Source: an uncultured Actinomycetes bacterium (lineage in GTDB: Bacteria; SZUA-79; Acidulodesulfobacterales; Acidulodesulfobacteraceae). Taken from it: a stretch of DNA of 64,000 nucleotides. The notes under the pieces are model-generated. The model saw only the letters and a list, made by a program, of their open reading frames with translations, was not told where the DNA came from and made no database searches. The stretch is from NCBI GenBank assembly GCA_964631685.1, contig CAZVZU010000003.1:1-64000 (forward strand), given 5' to 3'. The stretch's first letter is position 1. Every line of letters begins with the position of its first letter. Shown piece after piece: positions 47,082-58,141 of this stretch. A program made the position numbers and the translations under genes.

Positions 47082-47762
47082 TCAGTTTACGGCTCTTTTG
47101 AGTATCTTGTTTAATTGGGAGTACGGACGATACCCAACTATTTTTTTGTAGAGCATAAGCCCTTTATATACGAAAATAGTTGGAGTTCCGGTTATGCCCA
47201 ATCTTTTCCCCTCATTCATGTTGTTTCTTATGAGTTTTTTAACTAATCCACTTTTGACACATGCCTGCACTCTTTTGAGATCAATTCTTTTATCGACATG
47301 AGTCTTAAGAAAATAATACAAATCCCCGATAGCGCTCCAATCTTTTTGATAGCGATACAAGAGGCTTCTTATATGCAGATATTTTCCCTGATACGCTGAG
47401 CAATCGGCATATTCCGCCGATTTAAAGGCATAAGGATGCATCATCGTGAGTGGAAAGTCGCGGTATTCCATAAAGATCTTCCCCGTCTTAACATAATCCT
47501 TGATTATGCGCGAAGCATCTTTTTCTTCGAATTTTCTGCACCATGGGCACTGGAAATCTGAATATTCAATGATTGTTACATTCGCGTTCGGATTACCTTC
47601 TTGTCTATATTTATTGACCACCCTTGCAAAATTATTATACGACAAAGCATACGCTTTAGAACCGATGCCGATAAAAAAAGCCAATCCGACACACAAAACC
47701 CCAACTGCGAGAATTGCAAATGCGACCCGCTTGTATAATTTAGATGTTGACAATCTAATCAT
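47082..47762 (-). CDS. DsbA-family thiol:disulfide oxidoreductase
   Basis: signal anchor; G.PNA.VTIIEYSDFQCPWC, RDFPL, GITGTPT. Confidence 0.9.
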   Translation of the reverse strand: MIRLSTSKLYKRVAFAILAVGVLCVGLAFFIGIGSKAYALSYNNFARVVNKYRQEGNPNANVTIIEYSDFQCPWCRKFEEKDASRIIKDYVKTGKIFMEYRDFPLTMMHPYAFKSAEYADCSAYQGKYLHIRSLLYRYQKDWSAIGDLYYFLKTHVDKRIDLKRVQACVKSGLVKKLIRNNMNEGKRLGITGTPTIFVYKGLMLYKKIVGYRPYSQLNKILKRAVN

Positions 47763-47808
47763 AATATTATCATGCTAATTATATTTAAACGCAAAGTCAA
47801 GAAAAAAT

Positions 47809-47997
47809 TTAATCTGTGAAATGGTTAAAATGGGTTTTGTCTGCGCCGCAAATTGGGCAAACCCAGCTATCGGGGATATCTTCAAATGATGTGCCTGGTT
47901 CAATCCCTCCGACGGAGTCTCCGACCTTTGGGTCATAAACATATCCGCAAATATCACACTGATACTTATATAAAGCAAGTTCTTCGACCTGAGCCAT
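47809..47997 (-). CDS. rubredoxin
   Basis: [14 protein letters not shown]...[31 protein letters not shown]. Confidence 0.95.
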   Translation of the reverse strand: MAQVEELALYKYQCDICGYVYDPKVGDSVGGIEPGTSFEDIPDSWVCPICGADKTHFNHFTD

Positions 47998-48158
47998 TAA
48001 TTTTACCTCCCCTTAAATTAAAAATACTGTTTGAATTAGATAAGTATGACATGAGTTAGATTATACCAAATTTTTCCTATGTTTTTAAAGCGTTAAATTG
48101 TTATAATTGACGGGAAAGGTTGAAGAATATAAATTAAAATCGAAAAAAGGCAAGCGTA

Positions 48159-50186
48159 ATGGATGTTTTTAAAGATGCACTGTTGTTGTTTATTATACCG
48201 TTTATTAAAAAAAATGGGTCGGATGTAGATCCGGATGATATAGTAAGGCTTATAAAATTGCCCCCGGATTCTTCTTACGGAGATTATTCTGTGACCTCTT
48301 ATTATCTTGCTAAATATGGTTTTAAGGGCAGTCCTGAGCATATTGCATTGGAATTTCTAAATTACGCGCAAATTAATTTTGCGCGGTTAAGGGATTTTTT
48401 TGACAAAGTAGATGTAAAGGGTCCTTATGTAAACTTTTTTGTTCACAAGGAAAAATTTATTTCTTTTACAGTAAAAAATGTTTTGGAGGATAATGATAAT
48501 TACGGAAAAGGATATCTCGATAAATCCAAAAGAGTTGTGATAGATTTTTCGTCTCCCAACATAGCCAAGCCCTTCGGAGTAGGGCACCTACGATCAACTG
48601 TGATAGGGATGAGTCTCTCCAATATTTATGAATTTTGCGGATATGATGTTTTAAGGGTAAACTACCTTGGTGATTTTGGTACACAATTTGGCAAACTTAT
48701 TACTGCATTTTGTCGATTTAGTGATATAGATTTTTGTGAATTCGAAAAAGATCCCATCAAGGTTTTATATAAACTTTATGTGAGAATTCATACAGAGGCT
48801 CAAAAAGATAGCAGTATAGAAGAGGATGCCAGATCAAGATTTAAAAGTTTGGAAGAACATATTTTGAAGTCTAAAAGGGCGATAGGGCAGTATTTGAAAG
48901 AATTACAAGACGGTAGTAATTTTCAACAGGGCAAGAACGAACAATCTGATATAAAAATAACCGCCGACAATAAGGATAATTTTTGTGGGAGTAATGCAGG
49001 GCAATACGATATATGGAGGCTTTTTAGGGTTTTAAGCATCAAGGAATTTAAGAGAATTTACAGTTTGATGGGGATAAAATTTGATGTTTACGAAGGGGAA
49101 TCGCAAAGTGCCGAATTTGCAAATGAGGTGGTACAAATACTTCGTAGAGCAGGGTTGGCTACTGAGAGCGAAGGGGCCGTGATTGTGCCCATAAAGAATA
49201 TGAAAACCCCCGCATTAATTGCAAAAACTGATGGAGCATCTCTTTATCTCTCGAGGGATATCGTTACTGCGTTATTAAGAATGGCAAAGTACGATTATGA
49301 CAAAATACTCTACATAGTTGGTTCGGAACAATCTTTGCATTTTAATCAGCTTCGTAGTATTTTTGATGTATTAAAGGAAAAAAAAGATATGCTAAATAAT
49401 AATCCTGTCTTTCAGCAATATGCCTCTTCCGTCAGCGGCAAGCTTGTCCACGTGAAATTCGGCAGGATAATCGGTATGTCAACAAGGAAGGGTAATTTGG
49501 TATTTCTGGAAGATTATATTGACGAGGCAAGGCTTAAGGCATTGGAAAAGTTAAAGGAAAGGGACAATCCGAACGGTAGAGCCGCATCCAATCTCGCATG
49601 CGGTGGAGAAGAGAATATTTTTACGCCCGATGAAAATGAGTCTACCGCTCTTAAAGTAGGTATAGGCGCCGTTATATTTAATGACTTAAAGACAAGACGT
49701 AATGTTGATGTTAAATTTAGCTGGGACAATGTTTTGTCATTTGAAGGGCAGACGGGACCGTATCTTCAATATACGGTGTCGAGAATAAATAGCCTTATAT
49801 CCAAACTGATAAAAGAAAAGGTCAAGGGTGTAGATAGCGAGGCATTAAGTATTTTTTCCGATATCAATAATGTTAATGGCCATTTTAATAAAGGATTTTT
49901 AATATCCGAAGATGACGACGATTTTAACGAACTATTCCTAATCGCCAAGCAGATTGCAATCTTTAAGGATAATGTTGAACAGGCGTTAAACTTAAATGAA
50001 CCATCTATTATAAGCTCGTATGTTCTGGAATTGGCTGCCATTTTTAATAAGTATTATCAAAATTATAGGTTAATGGGCAGGGAAGTCGAGTATATCAAGT
50101 CGCGGCTTTATCTGTTAACGGCAGTCAAAATTGTTTTGACTGCCGCATTGAGGCTTCTCTGCATTCCTATTCTTGAAAGAATGTAG
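48159..50186 (+). CDS. argS: arginyl-tRNA synthetase (with insertions)
   Basis: DFSSPNIAKP..VGHLRST.IG, NYLGD.GTQFG, MSTRKG, G.TGPYLQY, C-terminal ERM. Confidence 0.96.
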   Translation: MDVFKDALLLFIIPFIKKNGSDVDPDDIVRLIKLPPDSSYGDYSVTSYYLAKYGFKGSPEHIALEFLNYAQINFARLRDFFDKVDVKGPYVNFFVHKEKFISFTVKNVLEDNDNYGKGYLDKSKRVVIDFSSPNIAKPFGVGHLRSTVIGMSLSNIYEFCGYDVLRVNYLGDFGTQFGKLITAFCRFSDIDFCEFEKDPIKVLYKLYVRIHTEAQKDSSIEEDARSRFKSLEEHILKSKRAIGQYLKELQDGSNFQQGKNEQSDIKITADNKDNFCGSNAGQYDIWRLFRVLSIKEFKRIYSLMGIKFDVYEGESQSAEFANEVVQILRRAGLATESEGAVIVPIKNMKTPALIAKTDGASLYLSRDIVTALLRMAKYDYDKILYIVGSEQSLHFNQLRSIFDVLKEKKDMLNNNPVFQQYASSVSGKLVHVKFGRIIGMSTRKGNLVFLEDYIDEARLKALEKLKERDNPNGRAASNLACGGEENIFTPDENESTALKVGIGAVIFNDLKTRRNVDVKFSWDNVLSFEGQTGPYLQYTVSRINSLISKLIKEKVKGVDSEALSIFSDINNVNGHFNKGFLISEDDDDFNELFLIAKQIAIFKDNVEQALNLNEPSIISSYVLELAAIFNKYYQNYRLMGREVEYIKSRLYLLTAVKIVLTAALRLLCIPILERM

Positions 50187-50223
50187 TTTATAGCGTATAT
50201 TTATTGCGCATTATGGCGGAACA

Positions 50224-51210
50224 ATGAACCTTGAAGTAAAAGATTTAGAAATAAGATTATATTCAAAAAAAATAGGCGGTGATTATATAAATGTTGCCGA
50301 TTCTGTTAGTTTAAGCGTAAAAGGCGGCGAAATTACGGCTCTTGTGGGAGAATCCGGTAGTGGCAAGTCATTCTTGGGTCTTTCCATTCTCAGACTAAAT
50401 CCGCCGGATATTTCAAGAATAGTTTCGGGCTCCATTAAAGTAAAATGCAGAGAAGAAAAGGAATGGATAGATATTACAGGGTTGTGTTCGAAGGATTTGT
50501 ATTCTGTGAGAGGCAGGCTTATATCAATGATATTCCAAGATCCTAATACGTCCCTAAATCCTGTTATCAAAATAGGCGATCAAATTACCGAATCTATATT
50601 TGCCCACAAGAAAATAGGAAAGCAAGAGGCAAAAGAGATAGCTATTTCTTACCTTAATCGTATGAATATTAATGGCAGGGCGAGGTTTAATTCTTATCCC
50701 CATGAATTATCGGGGGGAATGAGGCAAAGGGTTATGATTGCAATGGCGATGGTTCTCAACCCCTGCTTTTTAATTGCAGACGAGCCTACTACTTCGCTTG
50801 ATGTTACCACATCTTTGCAGGTTTTAAGCCTTATCGAAAAGATAAAAATAGAAGCTAATCTTGGAGTGATTTTCATAACGCATGATTTAAGTATTGCAAA
50901 GAATATATCGGATAAGATTTATGTATTTTATGCGGGGCAGGTAATGGAATGTGGGAAAACAGAGGATATATTGAACGAGCCCCTACATCCTTATACTGTA
51001 TCACTTATTAAAAGTGTACCATCCTTATCTGAGGATTATGTGCCAAAACAAAGACTCTTTACAATACCGGGTTATTTGACAAAAGATGATTTTTTAAAGG
51101 GAAAGTGTAGATTTTATTCCCGCTGCTTTAAGAGGGATGATGGTTGTCTCAAAGATATTGGTTTGATGGAGATAAGCCCGGGAAGGTCTATTAGATGTAT
51201 TAAGGTTTGA
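50224..51210 (+). CDS. oligopeptide/dipeptide ABC transporter ATPase, OppD/DppD-like
   Basis: GESGSGKS, FQDP..SLNP, YPHELSGGMRQR, ADEPT, HPYT, C-terminal Cys cluster. Confidence 0.92.
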   Translation: MNLEVKDLEIRLYSKKIGGDYINVADSVSLSVKGGEITALVGESGSGKSFLGLSILRLNPPDISRIVSGSIKVKCREEKEWIDITGLCSKDLYSVRGRLISMIFQDPNTSLNPVIKIGDQITESIFAHKKIGKQEAKEIAISYLNRMNINGRARFNSYPHELSGGMRQRVMIAMAMVLNPCFLIADEPTTSLDVTTSLQVLSLIEKIKIEANLGVIFITHDLSIAKNISDKIYVFYAGQVMECGKTEDILNEPLHPYTVSLIKSVPSLSEDYVPKQRLFTIPGYLTKDDFLKGKCRFYSRCFKRDDGCLKDIGLMEISPGRSIRCIKV

Positions 51211-51257
51211 CTTGGATAACAAAAATAAATAATTAAGTAAAAATAAGTAATTAAGAT

Positions 51258-52256
51258 ATGGAAAAAGAAATAATTCTAAATGTTTCTAATCTTTCAAAGC
51301 ACTACGGGTATTATAAATCTATATTCCATGTGAAAAAGAACATTATTAAAGCGGTTGACGGCGTCACATTTGATGTTTTCGATAATGAAGTTTTTGCAGT
51401 GGTAGGGGAAACGGGCTGCGGTAAATCTACCCTTTCTAAATTAATTGCAGGATTAATAAGCAAGACATCCGGAGATATTTATTATCGCGGAGTATCATTG
51501 GATTACAGAAACAAAAAAAAAGACTTTAGAAAAAAAATTCAAATAGTTTTTCAAGATCCTTATTCGTCACTAAATCCAAAAAAAAAGATATATGAGATAA
51601 TTTCCTATCCCGCTGTTAAAAACAATATTATCAAAAAAAGCGATAAGCTGAATTTTGCCGTTTCCTTATTAGAAAAGGCAGGGTTGAGTAAAGAAATAGT
51701 CAATAACTATCCGCATGAATTATCAGGAGGACAAAGGCAAAGGGTAGGAATAGCTAGAAGTTTATCTGTAAATCCCGAGCTACTAATTCTTGATGAGCCC
51801 GTATCTGCTCTTGATATGTCCATATCTGCACAGATTTTAAATCTTCTCATGGATTTACATGAAAGGGAGCAAATGACCTATATATTTATAACGCATGATC
51901 TGAAGCTGGTAAGGCATATGGCCGACAGAGTTTGTGTTATGTACGACGGAAAGATAATGGAAATTTCATCGTCGAAAGATTTTTTTAGCGAACCTGCCCA
52001 TCCTTATTCTAATGTTCTTTACAATTCTATGCTCTCTTATAACTTCAGGGAACGGTTAAATCTTGTAAAATTGGCGGAAAACTGTGAGGAATCGGATGTT
52101 GCTAAAAAGGAAAACATAAAAAACGAGGGATGCGTATATTTCAAAAAATGCTACGCTTCTAAGGAAATATGCGGGGTAAGCAAGCCCCCTTTGAAAGAGT
52201 TGGGGCGCAACAGGACCGTAAGCTGTTTCTTTCCGTTTACTCATCGGGGTCTTTGA
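51258..52256 (+). CDS. oligopeptide/dipeptide ABC transporter ATPase, OppF/DppF-like
   Basis: KAVDGV, GETGCGKS, FQDPYSSLNP, LSGGQRQR, DEPVSALD, C-terminal Cys cluster. Confidence 0.92.
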   Translation: MEKEIILNVSNLSKHYGYYKSIFHVKKNIIKAVDGVTFDVFDNEVFAVVGETGCGKSTLSKLIAGLISKTSGDIYYRGVSLDYRNKKKDFRKKIQIVFQDPYSSLNPKKKIYEIISYPAVKNNIIKKSDKLNFAVSLLEKAGLSKEIVNNYPHELSGGQRQRVGIARSLSVNPELLILDEPVSALDMSISAQILNLLMDLHEREQMTYIFITHDLKLVRHMADRVCVMYDGKIMEISSSKDFFSEPAHPYSNVLYNSMLSYNFRERLNLVKLAENCEESDVAKKENIKNEGCVYFKKCYASKEICGVSKPPLKELGRNRTVSCFFPFTHRGL

Positions 52257-52812
52257 ATATATCATCTTCATCTGTTAGCGACAGATGCTTTAAGTGATCC
52301 ATGTAGTCATTCGTTGTCCGTGCTTTTTCTTCCGTTTCTGCTCTAGATTGACAATGTACGCACAAGTTTGAATAAGGGAGTATTTTTAATCTTTTTTTCG
52401 AGATTAGTTCTCCGCACTCGTCACAAACCCCATAAGTCCCTTCCTCTATTTTCATAAGGACATTGTCTATTTCTCTTATTTTTTTTCTCTCTCTATCTCC
52501 AAGCATATATGAAAGTTCGCGGTCTATTTCGTCGGATGCTATATCATAGTTATCCCCTTTGTACTCTGAGGAATCCTTTGATGAACCTTTCTTGATGCTT
52601 GCATCTATCTCTTTGAAAATTTCTTTTTTTAAGAGGTTCAGTGCTTTTTTAATTTCCCCTATTTCTTTTGTAGAAAACTCGTCTGTGTTTAACTCGAGCT
52701 GTTCTTTTGACGACCTGTGATTGTCCTTATTTTCTTCGATACCTTTTGTATTTTTTGCCGCGGACAACCTTTTTGAACATCTCTTATTTTTCGTTTCTCC
52801 CATTTTTTTCAC
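52237..52812 (-). CDS. dksA: DksA/TraR-family transcription factor
   Basis: coiled coil with D..D.AS.E, G.YG.CDECG..I...RL...P...LC..CQ zinc finger. Confidence 0.85.
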   Translation of the reverse strand: MKKMGETKNKRCSKRLSAAKNTKGIEENKDNHRSSKEQLELNTDEFSTKEIGEIKKALNLLKKEIFKEIDASIKKGSSKDSSEYKGDNYDIASDEIDRELSYMLGDRERKKIREIDNVLMKIEEGTYGVCDECGELISKKRLKILPYSNLCVHCQSRAETEEKARTTNDYMDHLKHLSLTDEDDIFKDPDE

Positions 52813-52944
52813 ACCTCGTTATATATAAAAATTTTACTTTTTAAAAATGTTGAAGTAGTATATATTTAATAAGATTTAAAAGCAACTCTAAAAATGCTTT
52901 ATCAGTTTTATAATACAAAAAATTAATTTTGAAAGGTAAAATAA

Positions 52945-54405
52945 ATGAAAAATGAAATGGAGCGTAATTTATGCGGGAGAATTTTTGAATATGGATATAA
53001 CGGCAAAGAAAAATCGGAAATAGGCATAAGGACGCCTTACCAAGTAGATAGGGATAGGATAATACATTCTAGCGCATTCAGAAGACTTCGCAATAAGACT
53101 CAGGTTTTTGGTGTTTTCACGTTGGATTATTATAGGACGAGACTCACACATTCACTTGAGGTTTCTCAAATTGCCCGTTCTATAGCATCTAATATCAATA
53201 AAAATTACGGTTTAAACGTGGACATTGATCTTGTCGAGGCTATTTCCCTTGCTCATGATATAGGACATCCGCCGTTTGGGCATACAGGAGAAGACGTTAT
53301 AAATACAAAGTTGCAAGAAGTTACTTCCGGAGAGTACGGTTTTGAGGCAAATGCTCAAAATATTAGGATACTTAATTTTCTTGAAAGAAAGTTTTATGAT
53401 AGCGATAAAGGTAAAATATACGGAATCAATCCATCCTTAAAGACGATAGATGGAATATTAAAATATAAATTACCTTATTTGTTATCGGATAAGTCGAAAC
53501 ACTTTATATACGATGAAGATATTTTTATATTGGAGCGACTCCACGGAAAAAATTTCATGGAATTCATAGAAAACAATCATATTTACCTAAACGCAGATAA
53601 AAACGCAAATGTTAAAGAAGAATTTTTTGAGGCTTCAAGGTCCATAGAATGCCAGATATTGAATGCAGCTGATGATATAGCTTATGCGACGCATGATTTG
53701 GAGGATGGCGTAGAGTCTAAGCTTATAGATATAAGTGGACACTCAAAGGTGAAAAAATATTTAAGTGAAGGCGGATTTTCTCTACAAGATTTAAATCAGC
53801 TTGAAGTTGATATAGATAATTTTTTTGGCGGTCTCAAGGAAATATTCAGTACTTTTGACGGCAATGACGCGGATAGAAATAATAATGGTATTATGAGCCA
53901 CATTAAGGTAAAAACCGATTTAAAGGAGTTTTTTTCTAGGTATATATCTAAATTTATCATAAATATAGGCGTAGAGGAAAGGAGAAAACGTTTGACTTGT
54001 GTCGGGAATAGTGTGATAGAAAACATCCCTCTTGATTTCAAAAATGATTCATATAGATACAATCTTGTTTTTAGAAACGGAGTCAATAGAGAAATAAAGG
54101 CGTTAAAGAAAATTTCATATAGGTTAATCATGGAGAATAGAGATATACTTCTAAATAGATATAAGGTTAAAAGTATCGTAGAAACGCTGTTTGCCATATT
54201 TTCCGACAAAGACAATCTTAAGCTTTATCCAGACGATTTTCAGGAATTGTATCGAAACGGATTTTATGATAAATTTGATAAAAATGGTTTTTATATTATG
54301 TGCAGTGATTATATAAGTGGTATGACCGATATATATGCTATCAAACTACATGCGTCATTATTTGAAGTCAAAAATTTCCTGAGTTTTTCTTCTTACGCCG
54401 ATTGA
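52945..54405 (+). CDS. dgt: dNTP triphosphohydrolase (dGTPase, HD domain)
   Basis: DRDRI.HS.AFRRL..KTQV, RTRLTHSLEV, AHDIGHPPFGH.GE, ADDIAY..HD.ED, DYISGMTD. Confidence 0.92.
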   Translation: MKNEMERNLCGRIFEYGYNGKEKSEIGIRTPYQVDRDRIIHSSAFRRLRNKTQVFGVFTLDYYRTRLTHSLEVSQIARSIASNINKNYGLNVDIDLVEAISLAHDIGHPPFGHTGEDVINTKLQEVTSGEYGFEANAQNIRILNFLERKFYDSDKGKIYGINPSLKTIDGILKYKLPYLLSDKSKHFIYDEDIFILERLHGKNFMEFIENNHIYLNADKNANVKEEFFEASRSIECQILNAADDIAYATHDLEDGVESKLIDISGHSKVKKYLSEGGFSLQDLNQLEVDIDNFFGGLKEIFSTFDGNDADRNNNGIMSHIKVKTDLKEFFSRYISKFIINIGVEERRKRLTCVGNSVIENIPLDFKNDSYRYNLVFRNGVNREIKALKKISYRLIMENRDILLNRYKVKSIVETLFAIFSDKDNLKLYPDDFQELYRNGFYDKFDKNGFYIMCSDYISGMTDIYAIKLHASLFEVKNFLSFSSYAD

Positions 54406-54440
54406 TATAGCCGAATGGCCGGCAAGTTGAGCATGTTGGA

Positions 54441-55013
54441 TTATGCAAAAGCAATCTCAACAATTTCGCATATAATGTGAGCTATTAGTATGTGATTTTC
54501 CTGTATTCTGGGGGTATCGGAGGAGGGGGTTTTTATAATAAAATCGCACATATTTAACATGGCACCGCCATCTAGGCCTGTAAAACCGATAACTTTCATA
54601 TTTAGCTCTTTAGCTTTCATGATTGCGGATATAATATTTTTTGAGTTTCCCGATGTTGATATTCCCCAAAATATGTCCCCCCCGTGTGCATTTGCCTCCA
54701 ACTGTCTTGAGAATATACGCGTAAAATCATAATCGTTGGCTATTGCTGTTAAATTGGAAGTGTTTACGGTAAGACTTTCGGCAGGCAATGCCTTTCTCTC
54801 TTTGTAAAATCTTGAAACAAGCTCGGCGGCAATGTGTTGCGCGTCGGCTGCAGAACCGCCGTTACCCGCAATAAAAATTTTTCCACTGTTTTTATATGTA
54901 CGGATAATAACTTCAGATATTGCGCCTATGGTTGATATGAGCCTTTTATCCTCAGACGCCAACTTTAATAGTTTTTGAGCATCATTAAATCTTTCCGTTA
55001 TCAACCGTTTCAC
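54441..55013 (-). CDS. gmhA: sedoheptulose-7-phosphate isomerase
   Basis: GNGGSAADAQH.AAE, ANDY, STSGNS, RIQE.H. Confidence 0.95.
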   Translation of the reverse strand: MKRLITERFNDAQKLLKLASEDKRLISTIGAISEVIIRTYKNSGKIFIAGNGGSAADAQHIAAELVSRFYKERKALPAESLTVNTSNLTAIANDYDFTRIFSRQLEANAHGGDIFWGISTSGNSKNIISAIMKAKELNMKVIGFTGLDGGAMLNMCDFIIKTPSSDTPRIQENHILIAHIICEIVEIAFA

Positions 55014-55053
55014 TGTTTTTTATCTGATATTTAAATTGAATATTAATATTTTT

Positions 55054-56331
55054 CTATTTGAAAAGTGTTTTGCCTATATCGCTTCTATTGTATTTATGTT
55101 CAAATCTTATGTGTTCTGCAACGGCATAAGCCTTATGCACAATATCCTGAGTTTTACCTTTAACGCAAACGTTTAGCACTCTTCCGCCAGTGGTGTAATA
55201 TTTTTCATTTACCTTTTTTGTTCCGGCGTGAAAAACATAACAATCTTCGTCTTTATCGGCATTAAGGTAGCATGAGTCTTCAAAGGAAATTTCATAACCG
55301 GTTTTGTAATCTTTCGGGTAGCCTAAAGACGATAAAACAAGGCAGATAGATTTGTTATCGTCAAATTCGAGCTCGTAATCCTTTAAATTACCAGTTATCA
55401 CACTCAAAAAGAGGTCTATAATATCGGATTTAAGCCTAATAAGTATGGCTTGCGTTTCGGGGTCTCCGAATCTGACGTTAAATTCGAGAACGTAAATATC
55501 GTCACCTTTTATCATAACCCCTGCATATAATACGCCCTTATAGTCTATACCTTCCCTGTGAAGTCCTTCTAATGTAGGCTCTATCACAGTTTTATTTATT
55601 TTATCCTCCAGGCTTTCTGAAACAAACGGGTTAGGGGAAATAGCTCCCATCCCACCTGTATTTTCACCCTTGTCTTCGTCCAATATTTTTTTGTAGTCCA
55701 TACTAGTAGCAAGGGGTTTATAGGAAACGCCGTCTGTAATTACCATATATGAAAGCTCAAAGCCGTCTAAGTATTCTTCTACGATAACTGTTTTTCCATT
55801 TTCACCAAAAATATTTTTATTAAAGATTAAATCTAAAATATTCTTCGATTCCTCGAATCCGTTTGAGATAAAAACACCCTTTCCTGCGGCAAGTCCGCTT
55901 GCTTTCACGACTAATGGGTAATGGCCATCCTTAACAAAGCCAACCGCTTCGGAAAAATTTGTAAATGAACGATAATCCGCCGTTTTTATATTGTTCCTCT
56001 TAAGAAAATCTTTGGCATATTCTTTTGACGATTCCAAAAGGGATGCTTGTTTGTTGGGTCCGAATATTTTTAAACCGTTTTTGATAAATTCATCTACTAT
56101 TCCCAAAGATAAAGGAATCTCTGGGCCAACTATGGTTAAATCTATTTCTTTATTCCTTGCAAAATCAACAAGACCTTTTATATCATCCTGTTTTATCATG
56201 ACATTTTCGGCATTAATTGATGTGCCACCATTGCCCGGTGCACAGTATACCTTGGTATTGACCTTTGAATTTTTAATGGCACGGACGATAGCGCTCTCTC
56301 TTCCACCCGAGCCTACAACGAGAACATTCAT
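55054..56331 (-). CDS. purD: phosphoribosylamine-glycine ligase
   Basis: GSGGRE, APGNGG, GPE, GLAAGKGV, NTGGMG, EFNVRFGDPETQ, HAGT, GGRVL. Confidence 0.97.
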   Translation of the reverse strand: MNVLVVGSGGRESAIVRAIKNSKVNTKVYCAPGNGGTSINAENVMIKQDDIKGLVDFARNKEIDLTIVGPEIPLSLGIVDEFIKNGLKIFGPNKQASLLESSKEYAKDFLKRNNIKTADYRSFTNFSEAVGFVKDGHYPLVVKASGLAAGKGVFISNGFEESKNILDLIFNKNIFGENGKTVIVEEYLDGFELSYMVITDGVSYKPLATSMDYKKILDEDKGENTGGMGAISPNPFVSESLEDKINKTVIEPTLEGLHREGIDYKGVLYAGVMIKGDDIYVLEFNVRFGDPETQAILIRLKSDIIDLFLSVITGNLKDYELEFDDNKSICLVLSSLGYPKDYKTGYEISFEDSCYLNADKDEDCYVFHAGTKKVNEKYYTTGGRVLNVCVKGKTQDIVHKAYAVAEHIRFEHKYNRSDIGKTLFK

Positions 56332-56396
56332 GGATATATTCCTATCTCCTTTTTTAATTCTTTCCTTATCGTTAAAGAATATAACGAAACAGATGT

Positions 56397-58013
56397 TTAA
56401 TGTTTAAAATGCCTTACGTTAGTGAATACCATAGGAATATTTAATTTATTTGCCTCATCTACGACCTCGTCATCCCTTATGGAACCGCCGGGCTCTATGA
56501 TACCTATTACGCCTATTTTACCTGCGTATTCTATCGAATCCTTGAACGGAAAAAATCCATCCGAAGCCATAACGAAATGCTCAATATTGCCATAAGCGTT
56601 CACCATTTTTTGATATGCAAATTTAGCGCTGTCTATTCTTGACATCTGACCTGCTCCGATACCTTTAGTGGTACGATCTTTTGCGTACACTATTGCATTA
56701 GACTTGACATGTTTGGCAATTTTCCATGCAAACAGAAGATTATCCATTGTGTCGTCGCTAATCTTTTTGTTGGTAACAGTTTTAAATAGGTGCAACGCAT
56801 CCGATACATCATCTTTTTCTTGTACTAGTATGCCCCCCGATGCGCTTCTTAGGGAAAATTTATCTCTTTTAAGCATGAAATCGTTAAAATACTCTATTAT
56901 TATTGTATTTTTTTTGGTTTTTAGAATTTCTGCGGCATCCTCGCTATAACCCGGAGCCAAAATAATTTCAACAAAAAAAGGTTTTATTTTTAATGCGGTG
57001 TCTTTGTCTACGGGCTTGTTAAAGCTCATTATCCCGCCGTAAGACGAGATTTCATCTGTTTTTCTCGCTTTAATGAAGGCATCTTCTAATGATATCTTGC
57101 TTAATGCGGCACCGCAGGGGTTAGTGTGCTTAACTATCACGGAAAACCAATCATTTTCCGTATAAAAATCTCTCATCACGCTGAGAGCTGAATCTATGTC
57201 TAAGAGATTGTTGTATGAAATATCCTTTCCCGATATTTTTTTAAAGCCAGGATAATTATCTATTTTGCGCTCGGTTGTAGTTAGTATTTTGAAATCTTTG
57301 TCCGTTGACGTTTCATAAAAAGCAGCTTTTTGATGGGGATTTTCGCCATATCTTAGGCGCGATAATTTTCTTAAATTTAATATTAACTCTCCTTCGAAGA
57401 CCGTATCTTTTTCCCCCTCGTCTGAAACGAGAAAATTAGAAATCTCATTGTCATAGCATGCGGTGAGTTTAAAGGCTTCGTATGCAAATATTTTTTTGAT
57501 TTCCAAGGGTATTTCTTGTTTATTTTTAAGAAATTCTATCGTATCGGGGTAGTAATCAGGGTTTATCACAACGGAAACATGTTTAAAGTTCTTTGCTGCG
57601 GCCCTTATCAGAGAAACGCCGCCTATATCTATGAATTCAAGTTTTTCTTCCATCGTTATATCGTTGCCTTTCATTTCTTTAAACGGATATAAATTGACGA
57701 CAACAAAATCTATGGGATTTATGTTGTTTTTCCTCATATCCTCCGTGTGTTCTTCGTTGTCCCTTATGGATAATATTCCTCCAAAAATAGCAGGATGTAA
57801 GGTTTTAACCCTTCCATTCATAATTTCCGGAAAGTTGGTTATATCTTCTACGCGTTTTAAATCGATGATACCCGCGGCTTCCAATGTGTTGTATGTATTT
57901 CCGGTTGCAATTATTGTGTAGCCGGCTATTTCAAGGTAGGTGGCAAGTTCTACTACGCCTGTTTTATCGTAAACAGACACAAGAGCATATCTTTTTTTAG
58001 GCATAACGGTCAT
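56397..58013 (-). CDS. purH: bifunctional AICAR transformylase/IMP cyclohydrolase
   Basis: ALVSVYDK, GRVKTLHP, IDIGG, LRYGENPHQ, KHTNPCG, GAGQMSR, SDGFFPF, RHFKH. Confidence 0.97.
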   Translation of the reverse strand: MTVMPKKRYALVSVYDKTGVVELATYLEIAGYTIIATGNTYNTLEAAGIIDLKRVEDITNFPEIMNGRVKTLHPAIFGGILSIRDNEEHTEDMRKNNINPIDFVVVNLYPFKEMKGNDITMEEKLEFIDIGGVSLIRAAAKNFKHVSVVINPDYYPDTIEFLKNKQEIPLEIKKIFAYEAFKLTACYDNEISNFLVSDEGEKDTVFEGELILNLRKLSRLRYGENPHQKAAFYETSTDKDFKILTTTERKIDNYPGFKKISGKDISYNNLLDIDSALSVMRDFYTENDWFSVIVKHTNPCGAALSKISLEDAFIKARKTDEISSYGGIMSFNKPVDKDTALKIKPFFVEIILAPGYSEDAAEILKTKKNTIIIEYFNDFMLKRDKFSLRSASGGILVQEKDDVSDALHLFKTVTNKKISDDTMDNLLFAWKIAKHVKSNAIVYAKDRTTKGIGAGQMSRIDSAKFAYQKMVNAYGNIEHFVMASDGFFPFKDSIEYAGKIGVIGIIEPGGSIRDDEVVDEANKLNIPMVFTNVRHFKH

Positions 58014-58141
58014 TTTTTCCTTTGATTTTAAAATATTATATAGTAGAATATAACAGAATTTTATTACATTCTACTAATTTTAAATATTTATTTCAATCAA
58101 TAATTTTACGGCTAATCTTCACTATAGTCAGGGAGGGGTGG

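Noticed and set aside
52945..54405. dGTPase as an antiphage defence gene
   Set aside because: It sits among housekeeping genes (dksA, gmhA, purD) with no defence-island context; sequence alone cannot distinguish it from housekeeping Dgt.
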